Source of the DNA: an uncultured Verrucomicrobiae bacterium
Lineage (GTDB): Bacteria; Verrucomicrobiota; Verrucomicrobiia; Limisphaerales; Palsa-1400
Length of the DNA stretch: 64,000 bases
Direction: 5' to 3'
Assembly: GCA_963707025.1 (NCBI GenBank)
Contig: CAVPOM010000006.1
Location: 737,191 to 801,190 of the forward strand
In this document: positions 8,765 through 17,761 of the stretch, in pieces
Position numbering within the stretch: position 1 is the first letter of the stretch
How the letters are laid out: each line of letters begins with the position of its first letter
Notes under the pieces: model-generated
Told to the model about the DNA's origin: nothing
Databases searched by the model: none
The model's input: the letters and a program-made list of their open reading frames with translations, nothing else
Position numbers and translations under genes: made by a program

Positions 8765-10454
8765 ATGATTGCGCGCGAAAAACTGGATCAGTTGCAGGCA
8801 AGGTGGGCTTCCGCCATCCGGCGGGCCGACTTGCCCTCCGACCGCTGCCTGTTCGTCTTCGTGGAAGCGTCCGCTTTGAAGGGCGTGTGTCAGTACGTTT
8901 TTCGCGATCTGAATGCCCGCTATGTGACCAGCATCGGGGCGGATGACCGGCCCTTCTCCGGTTCGTTCCTGGTGGCGCACCATTTTGCCTTTGATCAGGA
9001 CCATGTATTGTGCAGCATCCTGGCGGAGATTCCGCCCGGCGATCATCCCAGAGTGGACAGCATCTCGGAGGTGGTGCCCCCGGCGAATTGGGCCGAGCGG
9101 GAAATGCGCGATCTGGTGGGCATCGAGCTGACCGGCCATTCCTATCCCAAGCGCCTGGTCCTGCCGGACGGCTGGCCGGAGGGCGTCCACCCGCTGCGCA
9201 AGGACATCCCCTGGAATTTTGTGCCCGAAGGCTACGATGAGGAACGCGAATTCAAGTTCGACGAACCGCCCGAAGGCTGCACCGTCGTGCCGTTCGGCCC
9301 GTTTCATCCCACCCTGGATGAACCGGCCCATTTCCGGCTCTACGTGGACGGCGAGCGGGTGCGCGGGTGCGAATACCGCGGCTTCATGGCCCATCGCGGG
9401 ATCGAGAAACTGGCCGAGTCGGTGCTCAGCTACAACGACATCCCGATCATGGCCGAGCGCATCTGCGGCATCTGCGGCTGCGTGCATAACGTGACCTACG
9501 CGCAGGCGGTGGAAAGCGCCGCGGCCTTGCAAGCGCCGCCCCGCGCGGAGTATCTGCGCACCATCATGCTGGAACTGGAGCGGCTGCACAGTCATCTCCT
9601 TTGGGTCGGGCTGGCCTGCCACATCGTCGGTTTTGACACTTTGTTCATGCAATGCTTCCGCATTCGCGAGCCGGTCATGTGGGTGGCGGAGAAAATCACC
9701 GGCAACCGCAAAACTTACGGCCTCTGTGTCATCGGCGGGGTGCGGCGGGACTTGACGGATGAGTTGAAGGCCGAACTGCAACAGGTGCTCGCCGGGCTGG
9801 AAACGGAATGGCAGGCAGTGACCGGCGCGGTGCTGAAGGACCGGAACATCCAGCAGCGCACGCGCGGGGTGGGCATCGCCGACCGCAACTTGGTCAAGGA
9901 AGCCGGGCTGATCGGACCGGTGGCGCGCGCGGCGGGTGTGGAAATTGATTGCCGCCGCGATCATCCTTATGCCGCTTATGACCGCGTGGCTTTCGAGGTC
10001 ATCACCGCCGCCGACGGCGACGTTCTGGGCGCGGCTGGTGGTGCGGGCGCGAGAAGTATTTGAGTCCATTAAAATCATCCGGCAATGCCTCGACAAAATG
10101 GAAAGCGGGCCAATCCAGTTGGAGTTGAAGGACGAATTGCCGGTTGGCCGGCTGGGCATGTCAAGCATCGAAGCCCCGCGCGGGGAGTGTCATCACTTCG
10201 TCATCACCGGCGAGGGCAACCGTCCGCGCCGCTGGCGGGTGCGCGCCCCCACCTATCAGAATCTACAGGGCGTTCCGGCGATGATCAAGGACCAGCAACT
10301 GGCGGACATGACGATTACGCTGGGCAGCATAGACCCGTGTTTCTCCTGCACCGACCGTCTCGAAACCATTGACATCAAGTCCGGAGCGATCAAAGTCTGG
10401 TCGCCGGAAGAAATGCTCAAATTGGGCCAAGCCAAACAACGAATAGAGCCATGA
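8765..10454 (+). pseudogene. hycE: Group 4 [NiFe]-hydrogenase large subunit (HycE/HyfG-like, NuoC-NuoD fusion); frame interrupted near 10020-10030
   Basis: ORF 8765..10063 carries the NuoC-like N-terminus and the L1 Ni-binding motif RICGICGCVHNVTY. ORF 9936..10454 carries ...ARLVVRAREVFESIKIIRQCL and the L2 motif DPCFSCTDR followed by a 31-aa C-terminal extension. The junction is at GDV / (W)ARLVVR. Confidence 0.9.
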
Positions 10455-11164
10455 AAACAACAAGGCCATTTGCCACATCATGGTCAGCGACATTCCTCGC
10501 CGTGCTTTCGGCACAAGCCCAAGGCACATTTCAAAACCTGAATTTTGAGTCCGCTAATTTGTCGCCGATCGTATCGGGTCAATATGGAGGGGAGGTTGCG
10601 ATCAGTTCAGCCTTGCCGGGATGGAGCGCTACAATCGGCGGAGTTGCAGTGACACAGGTTTTGCAAAACAATTACACCCTTGGAGAAGCAAGCATAAGCA
10701 TCTTTGGCCCGAGCTGGAATGACGTTGACCCCGGCATTATTGACGGAAACTATACTGTGTTTCTGCAAGCGTTTAACCCAGGCCAAGGCAATGTGTCGCT
10801 GTGGCAAACCGGCACGATTCCGGCAAATGCGGCTTCGCTTCAATTCAGCGCTTGGAACTACACGTCAGTTAACGAAGCTTTTTCTGTGTCTTTCGCCGGT
10901 AACAGCTTGTCCCCGGTTTCCCTCGGCTCCGGACAATCCGCATCCGGACAAGCTTACACCGTCTACGGTGTCAGCATAGCCCCTTATGCTGGTCAGACAG
11001 GGCAACTCGAATTCACAGCCTTCGGTGGTCAAGGCCCGGACTGGATCGAGCTTGATGACATCGCGTTTTCCCCAAACGGCGTGCCCGAACCCAGCACGCT
11101 GGCGCTCGTCGTCATCGGCGGACTGGCGCTGGCCGCCCGCCGCTGGCGCAAAGTGGCTTCATGA
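10451..11164 (+). CDS. PEP-CTERM sorting-domain secreted protein
   Basis: Signal peptide (MKTTRPFATSWSATFLAVLSAQAQG). C-terminal VPEPSTLALVVIGGLALAARRWRK. ATGA start/stop overlap with hycE. GC is lower than the flanks. Confidence 0.85.
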   Translation: MKTTRPFATSWSATFLAVLSAQAQGTFQNLNFESANLSPIVSGQYGGEVAISSALPGWSATIGGVAVTQVLQNNYTLGEASISIFGPSWNDVDPGIIDGNYTVFLQAFNPGQGNVSLWQTGTIPANAASLQFSAWNYTSVNEAFSVSFAGNSLSPVSLGSGQSASGQAYTVYGVSIAPYAGQTGQLEFTAFGGQGPDWIELDDIAFSPNGVPEPSTLALVVIGGLALAARRWRKVAS

Positions 11165-11179
11165 AAACCACAACCTTAT

Positions 11180-12106
11180 ATGCAACGTGACCTGATATGG
11201 ATAATGGCAAGGGGACTGGCCAATGTGGCCGCAGTGCTGCTCTTCGCGCCGCTGTGCGAAGGGGTGCTGCGGAAGGTGACGGCGCGCCTGCAATCGCGCC
11301 GGGGACCACCGCTGTGGCAGCCTTATTTTGACCTGCTGAAGTTGCTCGGCAAGGAGGACATTGAATCGGGCGAATCACCGGGCTTGCAGCGGTTTGTCGC
11401 CCGGCTGGCGCTGGCGGCGGTGCTGACAGTGGCCTGCCTGGTGCCGATGGGATTTGCCGCGCCCATGAACGGAGCAGGGGACGTGATTCTGCTCATTTAC
11501 CTGCTGACCCTCTGCGGCATCAGCACGTTGCTCGGCGGCCTGGCGGCGGGGTCCACTTATTCGCTGCTCGGCATCGGGCGCGAGATGATGACGATGATCG
11601 CCCTGGAACCGTTGTTTGCCATTGCCCTCCTCATCGGCGCGGTCCATGTGGGGTCGTTCCGGCTGGACGCCGTTTTGAACGGCTCAGTTTATGCCGTCAC
11701 TGGCATTCCGTGGTCGGGGCTGATCCTGCTGGTGGTGATGGTGCTGTCCTTCCAGGCGTTTGTGCAACGGATGCCGTTTGACATTTCCGAGGCGGAAACG
11801 GAAATTATGGAAGGGCCGCTGGTGGAGTACTCCGGCCCCAAGCTGGCCCTGTTCAAGTACGCGCAAATGGCGCGGCTGGTGGTTCACAGCGGGTTGTTCG
11901 TCGCGTTGTTTGTGCCCTGGGGAGCGGGGCTGGCCTTCCCGCTGGGCTGGTTGTTGTTCTGGGCAAAAGTGCTGGCGCTGGTGCTGATCGTGACGGTCGT
12001 GGCGGCGACGCACGCGCGCTACCGGATTGACCAGGCCATTCGATTTTTCGCCGGATTGCTGGCGGCGGCGTTCGCGGCCCTGGCCCTGGCGGCTTACGGT
12101 CACTGA
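11180..12106 (+). CDS. hycD: Formate hydrogenlyase subunit 4 (HycD/HyfC, NuoH-like membrane subunit)
   Basis: 308-aa polytopic ORF with the motif LFAPLCEGVLRKVTARLQSRRGPPLWQPYFDLLKLLGKE. An alternative start is at 11207. Confidence 0.85.
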   Translation: MQRDLIWIMARGLANVAAVLLFAPLCEGVLRKVTARLQSRRGPPLWQPYFDLLKLLGKEDIESGESPGLQRFVARLALAAVLTVACLVPMGFAAPMNGAGDVILLIYLLTLCGISTLLGGLAAGSTYSLLGIGREMMTMIALEPLFAIALLIGAVHVGSFRLDAVLNGSVYAVTGIPWSGLILLVVMVLSFQAFVQRMPFDISEAETEIMEGPLVEYSGPKLALFKYAQMARLVVHSGLFVALFVPWGAGLAFPLGWLLFWAKVLALVLIVTVVAATHARYRIDQAIRFFAGLLAAAFAALALAAYGH

Positions 12107-12119
12107 TGGAGGCGCATTC

Positions 12120-12644
12120 ATGTCCATGATGAGCAAATTCAAAGAAGCGATGGTCGGCCTCAAGGCCGGCTGCGTGACCCTGGATTATCCGGCGCAGCCG
12201 CGGCCGGTGGCGGAGAATTTCCGCGGCCGGCCGGTCTTCGACGCCCAAAAGTGCATCGGCTGCGCGGGCTGCGCCAACAACTGTCCGGCGCGCGAGATCC
12301 TGGTTTTCGATGTCTGCCAGGAAATTCGCATCCTGCAGTATCTGGGGCGGCGTTGCACCTACTGCGGACGGTGCGCGGAGGTTTGCCCGGAGAAGGCCAT
12401 CACCATGAGCCATGACTACGAGACGGCGACCAACAAAATTGGCGACATGGAGCAACGATTGGATTTGTTCATGAGCACCTGCCAGCGCTGCGGGCGTTGT
12501 TTCAAGGAAACTTCGCCCTTGGAAACGCTCAAGCTCAAGGGCTACCGCTTTGACGAGCTGGCCAGCGAGCGCTGGATTTTCCGCTCCCGCGCCTACCTGG
12601 AAAAGGAGCCGGTGGTGGATGACCTCAAGATCGAACTGGATTAA
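12120..12644 (+). CDS. hycF: Formate hydrogenlyase 4Fe-4S subunit (HycF, NuoI-like)
   Basis: ATG at 12120 within ORF 12027..12644. Two ferredoxin motifs, CIGCAGCANNCP and CTYCGRCAEVCP. Confidence 0.85.
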   Translation: MSMMSKFKEAMVGLKAGCVTLDYPAQPRPVAENFRGRPVFDAQKCIGCAGCANNCPAREILVFDVCQEIRILQYLGRRCTYCGRCAEVCPEKAITMSHDYETATNKIGDMEQRLDLFMSTCQRCGRCFKETSPLETLKLKGYRFDELASERWIFRSRAYLEKEPVVDDLKIELD

Positions 12645-12650
12645 ACCGCC

Positions 12651-13187
12651 ATGCTGAAGAATCTTTGCCAAAAAATGTTCGGCCGCTCGCTCTGGGTCTA
12701 TCACGCCAACAGCGGCGGCTGCAACGGCTGCGACATCGAGGTGCTCAACGTGCTCACGCCCTATTATGACGTGGAGCGTTTCGGCATCAAGCTGGTCGGC
12801 TCGCCGCGCCACGCGGATGTGATGCTCTGCCAGGGGCCGGCCCTGCGCGCCACTGCGCGGGCTTTGCGCTGCGCCTACGAGGCGATGCCGGCGCCCAAGC
12901 TGGTCTTTGCCATCGGCGGCTGCGCCTGCGGCGGCGGCATCTGGCACGACACTTATGCTGTGCTCGGCCCGGTGGAAAAAGTCATCCCGGTCAACTTCTA
13001 CATTCCCGGCTGCCCGCCGCGGCCCGAAGCCATCATCTATGGCGTGGCGGTGGCCGTCGGGCTGGTGGACAAGAAGGTGGCGCCGGTGGAGTTCAAGCAA
13101 CTGGAAATGCCCATTCCACGCTACCACCCCGCCGACCTCCGCGGCCGGGACGAAATGGTGGTTTACGAAAAGGTGGAGAAGGTTTAG
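12651..13187 (+). CDS. hycG: Group 4 [NiFe]-hydrogenase small subunit (HycG, NuoB-like)
   Basis: Motifs SGGCNGCDIEV, GGCACGGGIW and IPGCPPRPEAIIYG. Confidence 0.9.
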   Translation: MLKNLCQKMFGRSLWVYHANSGGCNGCDIEVLNVLTPYYDVERFGIKLVGSPRHADVMLCQGPALRATARALRCAYEAMPAPKLVFAIGGCACGGGIWHDTYAVLGPVEKVIPVNFYIPGCPPRPEAIIYGVAVAVGLVDKKVAPVEFKQLEMPIPRYHPADLRGRDEMVVYEKVEKV

Positions 13188-13191
13188 CTTA

Positions 13192-13539
13192 ATGCACGAG
13201 TATTCCATTATGCAAAGCGCGCTCCATCAGGCCTTGCGGGAAGCCCGGCTGGCCGGAGCCGCGCGCGTGCATGAAATCCGGCTGCGCGTCGGCGTGCTCA
13301 GTGGAGTCGTGCCCGACGCGCTCCAGTTCGCCTTCGAGGCGCTCACGCCCGGAACGTCCGCGGAAGGCGCTTTGTTGAGGATTGAGGAAGTGGCGGCGCG
13401 ATTCTGGTGCGCCCCGTGCGGCCGGGAGTTTGTGTCGGCCAATTTGTACGCCGAGTGCCCGGATTGCGGCGCCGCCAGCGGCGAACTTCGCGCCGGGCGG
13501 GAATTGGAATTAAGCTCGATGGAGGTGGACCATGTGTGA
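13192..13539 (+). CDS. hypA: Hydrogenase nickel-incorporation protein HypA
   Basis: MHEYSIMQSAL... N-terminus. Zn-finger pairs CAPCG and CPDCG. Overlaps the hypB start. Confidence 0.85.
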   Translation: MHEYSIMQSALHQALREARLAGAARVHEIRLRVGVLSGVVPDALQFAFEALTPGTSAEGALLRIEEVAARFWCAPCGREFVSANLYAECPDCGAASGELRAGRELELSSMEVDHV

Positions 13540-14368
13540 AGATTGCGGCTGCGGGTTGACCGCGGGAATTCCAGTGACCGTTTCCGGCCACAACCAGCAT
13601 GACCCTGGCGATCATGAACACCATCACCACGACCCTGAGCACGGACACGGGCATTCGCACGACCATCCTCATTCGCACGAACCCGGCGCGGCAGAGCGTC
13701 AGACGATGGAACTGCGGCACGCCATCCTTGAGAAGAACGACCGCCTGGCCGAACGCAACCGCGGCTTCTTCCGGGCGCGCGGGCTTTTGGTCATCAATGT
13801 CCTCTCCGCTCCCGGCTCGGGCAAAACGACGCTGATTGGCGAAACCATCCGCCGGCTCGGCCCGCGCCTGAAGACGGCCGTGATTGTCGGCGATCTGGCG
13901 ACCGACAACGACGCCCGCCGCCTGCGCGATTCCGGCGCGCCGGTCGTCCAGATCAACACAGGCACGGTCTGCCATCTGGAAGCGGACATGGTGGCCCGCG
14001 CCGTCAAGCAACTGGATCTGGCCGGGCTGGACCTGCTCATCATCGAGAACGTCGGCAACCTGGTCTGCCCGGCCAGCTATGATTTGGGCGAGGACCTGCG
14101 CATCGTGCTGTTGTCGGTCACGGACGGCGAGGACAAGCCGCTGAAATATCCCCCCATCTTCCACCTGGCCAACGCGGTCATCGTCAGCAAATTGGATCTG
14201 GACCGGGCCTGCGACTTCAACCGCGAGGCGGTGACGGCGAACATCCGCCACATCGCGCACCACGCCCGGCTGTTCGAAATCTCCGCCAAGACCGGGACCG
14301 GCCTGGATGACTGGTGCGACTATCTGTTACAGCAGCACCAAGCTGTCCAACACCGCGATCCGCTCTAA
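13532..14368 (+). CDS. hypB: Hydrogenase nickel-incorporation GTPase HypB
   Basis: N-terminal CEDCGCG. His-rich tract HEHHHHDPEHGHGHSHDHPHSHE. P-loop GSGKTTL. ENVGNLVCP motif. Confidence 0.9.
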   Translation: MCEDCGCGLTAGIPVTVSGHNQHDPGDHEHHHHDPEHGHGHSHDHPHSHEPGAAERQTMELRHAILEKNDRLAERNRGFFRARGLLVINVLSAPGSGKTTLIGETIRRLGPRLKTAVIVGDLATDNDARRLRDSGAPVVQINTGTVCHLEADMVARAVKQLDLAGLDLLIIENVGNLVCPASYDLGEDLRIVLLSVTDGEDKPLKYPPIFHLANAVIVSKLDLDRACDFNREAVTANIRHIAHHARLFEISAKTGTGLDDWCDYLLQQHQAVQHRDPL

Positions 14369-14480
14369 TCGGCGCGCCCATTAATGATGCACTGTGAAAC
14401 TTGGCGCAGGCAAGGGCGCCGGACTATCTCGTATTGGGCGCCCGATGAGGAAGAGTAGAATTCGGTTTGGCCAATGATTT

Positions 14481-16355
14481 ATGAGCGACCCCCTGCACAA
14501 GGAGGACAATGTCACCTACCAAAACGTGGCCACGGTTTCGGGCGGCAAGCTGACCGATATCAAGCCGGCCCAGCGGGCGGGCGCGTTGCGCGGCGCCCAG
14601 TTGCTGGCCAAGGCCCTGCGCGCCGAGGGCGTGGATACGCTGTTTGGCTATCCCGGCGGCGCGAATCTGGAAATCTTCGACGTGCTGCGCGAATTCGACA
14701 TCCGCTGCATCCGCACGGAACACGAGCAAGGCGCGGCCCATGCGGCGGAGGGCTATGCCCGCGCCACCGGCAGGGTGGGGGTGTGCCTGGCCACCTCGGG
14801 TCCGGGAGCCACCAACCTGGTCACGGGCCTGGGCGATGCCCATAGTGATTCCACTCCCATCGTCGCCATTACCGGCAATGTCCCGTCGCATCTGCTGGGC
14901 AAGAATGCCTTTCAGGAGGTGGATATCGTGGGCGTGACCAAGCCGATCACCAAAAAGAATTACCTGGTGAAAAGGGTGACGGACATCCCCGAAGTGGTGC
15001 GCGAAGCCTTCGCCCTGGCAGGCGGCAATCGCCCCGGACCGGTGTTGATTGATATTCCCAAGGATATTCAGCAACAGTATCCGCGCGACGCGGAGGGCAA
15101 TTACACCCCGCCCCGCATTCCGGCCATCATCGAAGCGCCGGAGCCTGAGATCGGCGGACTGACCGCGGATCAACTGGGCGAGTGCTGCCGCCTGCTGGAG
15201 GAGGCCCGGCGTCCGGTCATTTACGCCGGCGGCGGCATCGTCTCCTCCGGCAGCGCGGCGGCCTTGTTGCAGTTGGCCGAACGCCTCCAGTGCCCGGTGA
15301 CCACGACCCTGATGGCTTGGGGCGCGTTTCCGCCGCAACATCCGCTGGCCCTGCATTGCCTGGGCATGCACGGCGGCAAATATGCCAACATCGCCGTCAA
15401 CGAGGCGGATTTGGTCATCGCGGCGGGCGTGCGCTTCGACGACCGGGTGACGGGAAACGTCCGCGAATTCATCAAGCGCGGCAAAATCATTCATATTGAC
15501 ATAGATCGCGACGAACTGAACAAGAACAAGACGGTGACGCTGCCCATCTGCGCCAATGTGGCGGTGGCCCTGGCGCAACTGGCCGGCCGGGCCAGCGGCG
15601 GCGATTACAGCCAGTGGCGCAAGTATCTGGCGTCGTTGCGGGAGCAACACCCGTTTCAAGTTCCGGCGTCGGAGAAGATCAAGCCGCAACACGCCATCCG
15701 GTTGCTGAGCGATTTAACGGGCGGCGAAGCCATCATCACTCTGGGCGTGGGCCAGCACCAGATGTGGGCCATGCAACACTACCAGTCCAAGCGGCCCCGT
15801 TCCTTTCTGAGCAGCTCCGGCTTTGGCACCATGGGCTACGGGCTGCCCGCCGCCATCGGGGCCAAGGTGGGTTGCCCGGACCGGATGGTGATTGATATTG
15901 ACGGCGACGGTTCGCTCAACATGACCGTGCATGAACTGGCCACCTGCCGCCGCTTCGGCCTGGGCGTCAAGGTGGTCGTGATCAACAACCAATGGCTGGG
16001 CATGGTGCGCCAGTGGCAGGACATGATTTATGGCGGACACCGTTCCGGCTCAGCCATGGCGGACCCCGCCACGGCGGTGAAACCCGAGGGGGAAGATGAT
16101 GTTTATCCCGATTTCGTGACCATCGCCGCGGGCTATCGCGTCCGCGCCGAACGCGTCAAGCAAAAAGCGGAATTGCCGGCCGCGTTTGCCCGGATGCTCG
16201 CCGACCCCGGCGAGCCGTTTTTGCTGGACGTGATTGTGGAAGGGGAGGAAAACGTGTTTCCGATGATTCCGGCCGGCGGCAGCTACCGGGACATCATCAT
16301 GAGCGCGGAGGATCTGGCGGCGCGCAACCGCGGTTCGCAGGGCAGTTCTATTTAA
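14481..16355 (+). CDS. ilvB: Acetolactate synthase large subunit (biosynthetic type, ThDP-dependent)
   Basis: 624-aa intact ORF with the motifs FGYPGGANLEIFD, GQHQMWAMQHY and GDGSLNMTVHELAT. Confidence 0.88.
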   Translation: MSDPLHKEDNVTYQNVATVSGGKLTDIKPAQRAGALRGAQLLAKALRAEGVDTLFGYPGGANLEIFDVLREFDIRCIRTEHEQGAAHAAEGYARATGRVGVCLATSGPGATNLVTGLGDAHSDSTPIVAITGNVPSHLLGKNAFQEVDIVGVTKPITKKNYLVKRVTDIPEVVREAFALAGGNRPGPVLIDIPKDIQQQYPRDAEGNYTPPRIPAIIEAPEPEIGGLTADQLGECCRLLEEARRPVIYAGGGIVSSGSAAALLQLAERLQCPVTTTLMAWGAFPPQHPLALHCLGMHGGKYANIAVNEADLVIAAGVRFDDRVTGNVREFIKRGKIIHIDIDRDELNKNKTVTLPICANVAVALAQLAGRASGGDYSQWRKYLASLREQHPFQVPASEKIKPQHAIRLLSDLTGGEAIITLGVGQHQMWAMQHYQSKRPRSFLSSSGFGTMGYGLPAAIGAKVGCPDRMVIDIDGDGSLNMTVHELATCRRFGLGVKVVVINNQWLGMVRQWQDMIYGGHRSGSAMADPATAVKPEGEDDVYPDFVTIAAGYRVRAERVKQKAELPAAFARMLADPGEPFLLDVIVEGEENVFPMIPAGGSYRDIIMSAEDLAARNRGSQGSSI

Positions 16356-16369
16356 TGTGAGCAGACGAA

Positions 16370-17761
16370 TTAGGGTTTGCGGCGGGGCGGGGCGTGAATG
16401 GACTCGCCGTGGAGGGCGTGGGCCGTCTCCATCCAGGCTTCGCTGAAGGTGGGATGGGCGTGGATGGTGCGGCCCAGTTCGCGCGCGGTCCACTCGGCGC
16501 GGATGGCGGCGGTGGCCTCGGCAATGAGTTCAGTGGCGTGCGGGCCGACGGCGGCGGCGCCGAGAAAGCTGGTCGGTGGCGGCGTCGGCAATCCATTTGA
16601 CAAAGCCCAGGGTTTCCCCCGAGGCGAGGGCCTTGCCCAGGCCGGCGAAGCGGAACTTGCCGGTTTTGACGGCGCGTTCCGCCTTTTTGGCGTCGTTCTC
16701 GCCCAGGCCGACCGTGCCGACCTCCGGGGAGGTGAAGATGACGTTGGGGACGAGGGTGTCGCAGGGCTGGTATGTATTCATTGACAGCGTTGGCGGCGGC
16801 GGCCAGACCCTGCGCGGTGGCGTAGTGGGCCAACTGGGTTTTGCCGGTCACGTCGCCGATGGCAAAGATGTTGGCGGCCTGGGTGCGGCAGCAGTCGTCC
16901 GCTTCAATAAAACCGCGCTCGGCCGGTTTTCAACCCGGCGTTCTCCAGTTGCAACCCGTCGGTGACGGGCTGGCGGCCGACGGCGCTGAGCAGCAGGGCG
17001 GCCTGCAGCGATTCGCCGCCGCAATCGCCGCGCACGCCCTGGCCGCCGGCGGATGTTTTCCAGCGCTTTGCCGGTGAGGATGCGGATGCCAAGGGCTTTT
17101 TCCATGTGGGCGCGCACTTCGCGGCGCACATCGGGATCGAGCAGGAGCAGAATGTCTTCCAGCAATTCCACGATGGTCACCTTCACGCCCAACTGCGCGG
17201 CCATGCAGGCGAGTTCGCAGCCAATGAACCCGCCGCCCAGGACGATCATGCTGGCGGGCAGCGCGGTCAGTCCAGGAAGCCCCGGCTTTCCACCACGCGC
17301 TCATGCTTCGGCGAAGAAAGGCGGGCATGGCGGAGGTCGAGCCGGTGGCAATGATGATCTTCTTCGCGCCGATGGTCGCGCGCCGCCGCTAATGGCGATG
17401 GTGTGCGCGATCCTTGAAGGAAGCCACGCCGGTGAATTGCTTGACGCCGTTGGCCGTGAGCAGTTGTTTGACGCCGCTTTTGAGCTGGCCGACGATCTTA
17501 TTCTTGTTGCCCGATCATGGCGGCGTAATCCACGGACATGCCGGTGACGGTGATGCCGAAAGCGGCGGCGCGTTTGATTTTGGCCAAGGTATCGGCGGCG
17601 GCGATCAGCGTCTTGGTGGGGATGCAACCCCAGTTCAGGCAGGTGCCGCCGAGCTGTTCCTTTTCCACGATGGCGACCGACGCGCCCAGTTGCGCGGCGC
17701 GGATGGCCGCGGGATAACCGCCCGGTCCGGCGCCGATGACTACGATGTCAAACGTTTCCAT
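16370..17761 (-). pseudogene. lpdA: Dihydrolipoyl dehydrogenase (E3), at least 9 frame changes
   Basis: Homologous fragments sit in alternating frames: [26 protein letters not shown]...[13 protein letters not shown]; KKIIIATGS; MIVLGGGFIGCELA; AIGDVTGKTQLAHYA; VIFTSPEVGTVGL; AHPTFSEAWMETA. I traced nine frame switches by hand. Confidence 0.85.

Noticed and set aside
8537-13208. Long minus-strand ORFs 8537..10168 and 11853..13208
   Set aside because: They are antisense to hycE, hycD, hycF and hycG and have no motifs. They are shadow ORFs.
14369-14480. Leader or attenuator upstream of ilvB (small hairpin ggcgc-aggcaagg-gcgcc at about 14404-14421)
   Set aside because: There is no U-tract, no leader-peptide ORF rich in branched-chain codons, and no alternative pairing that I could find.
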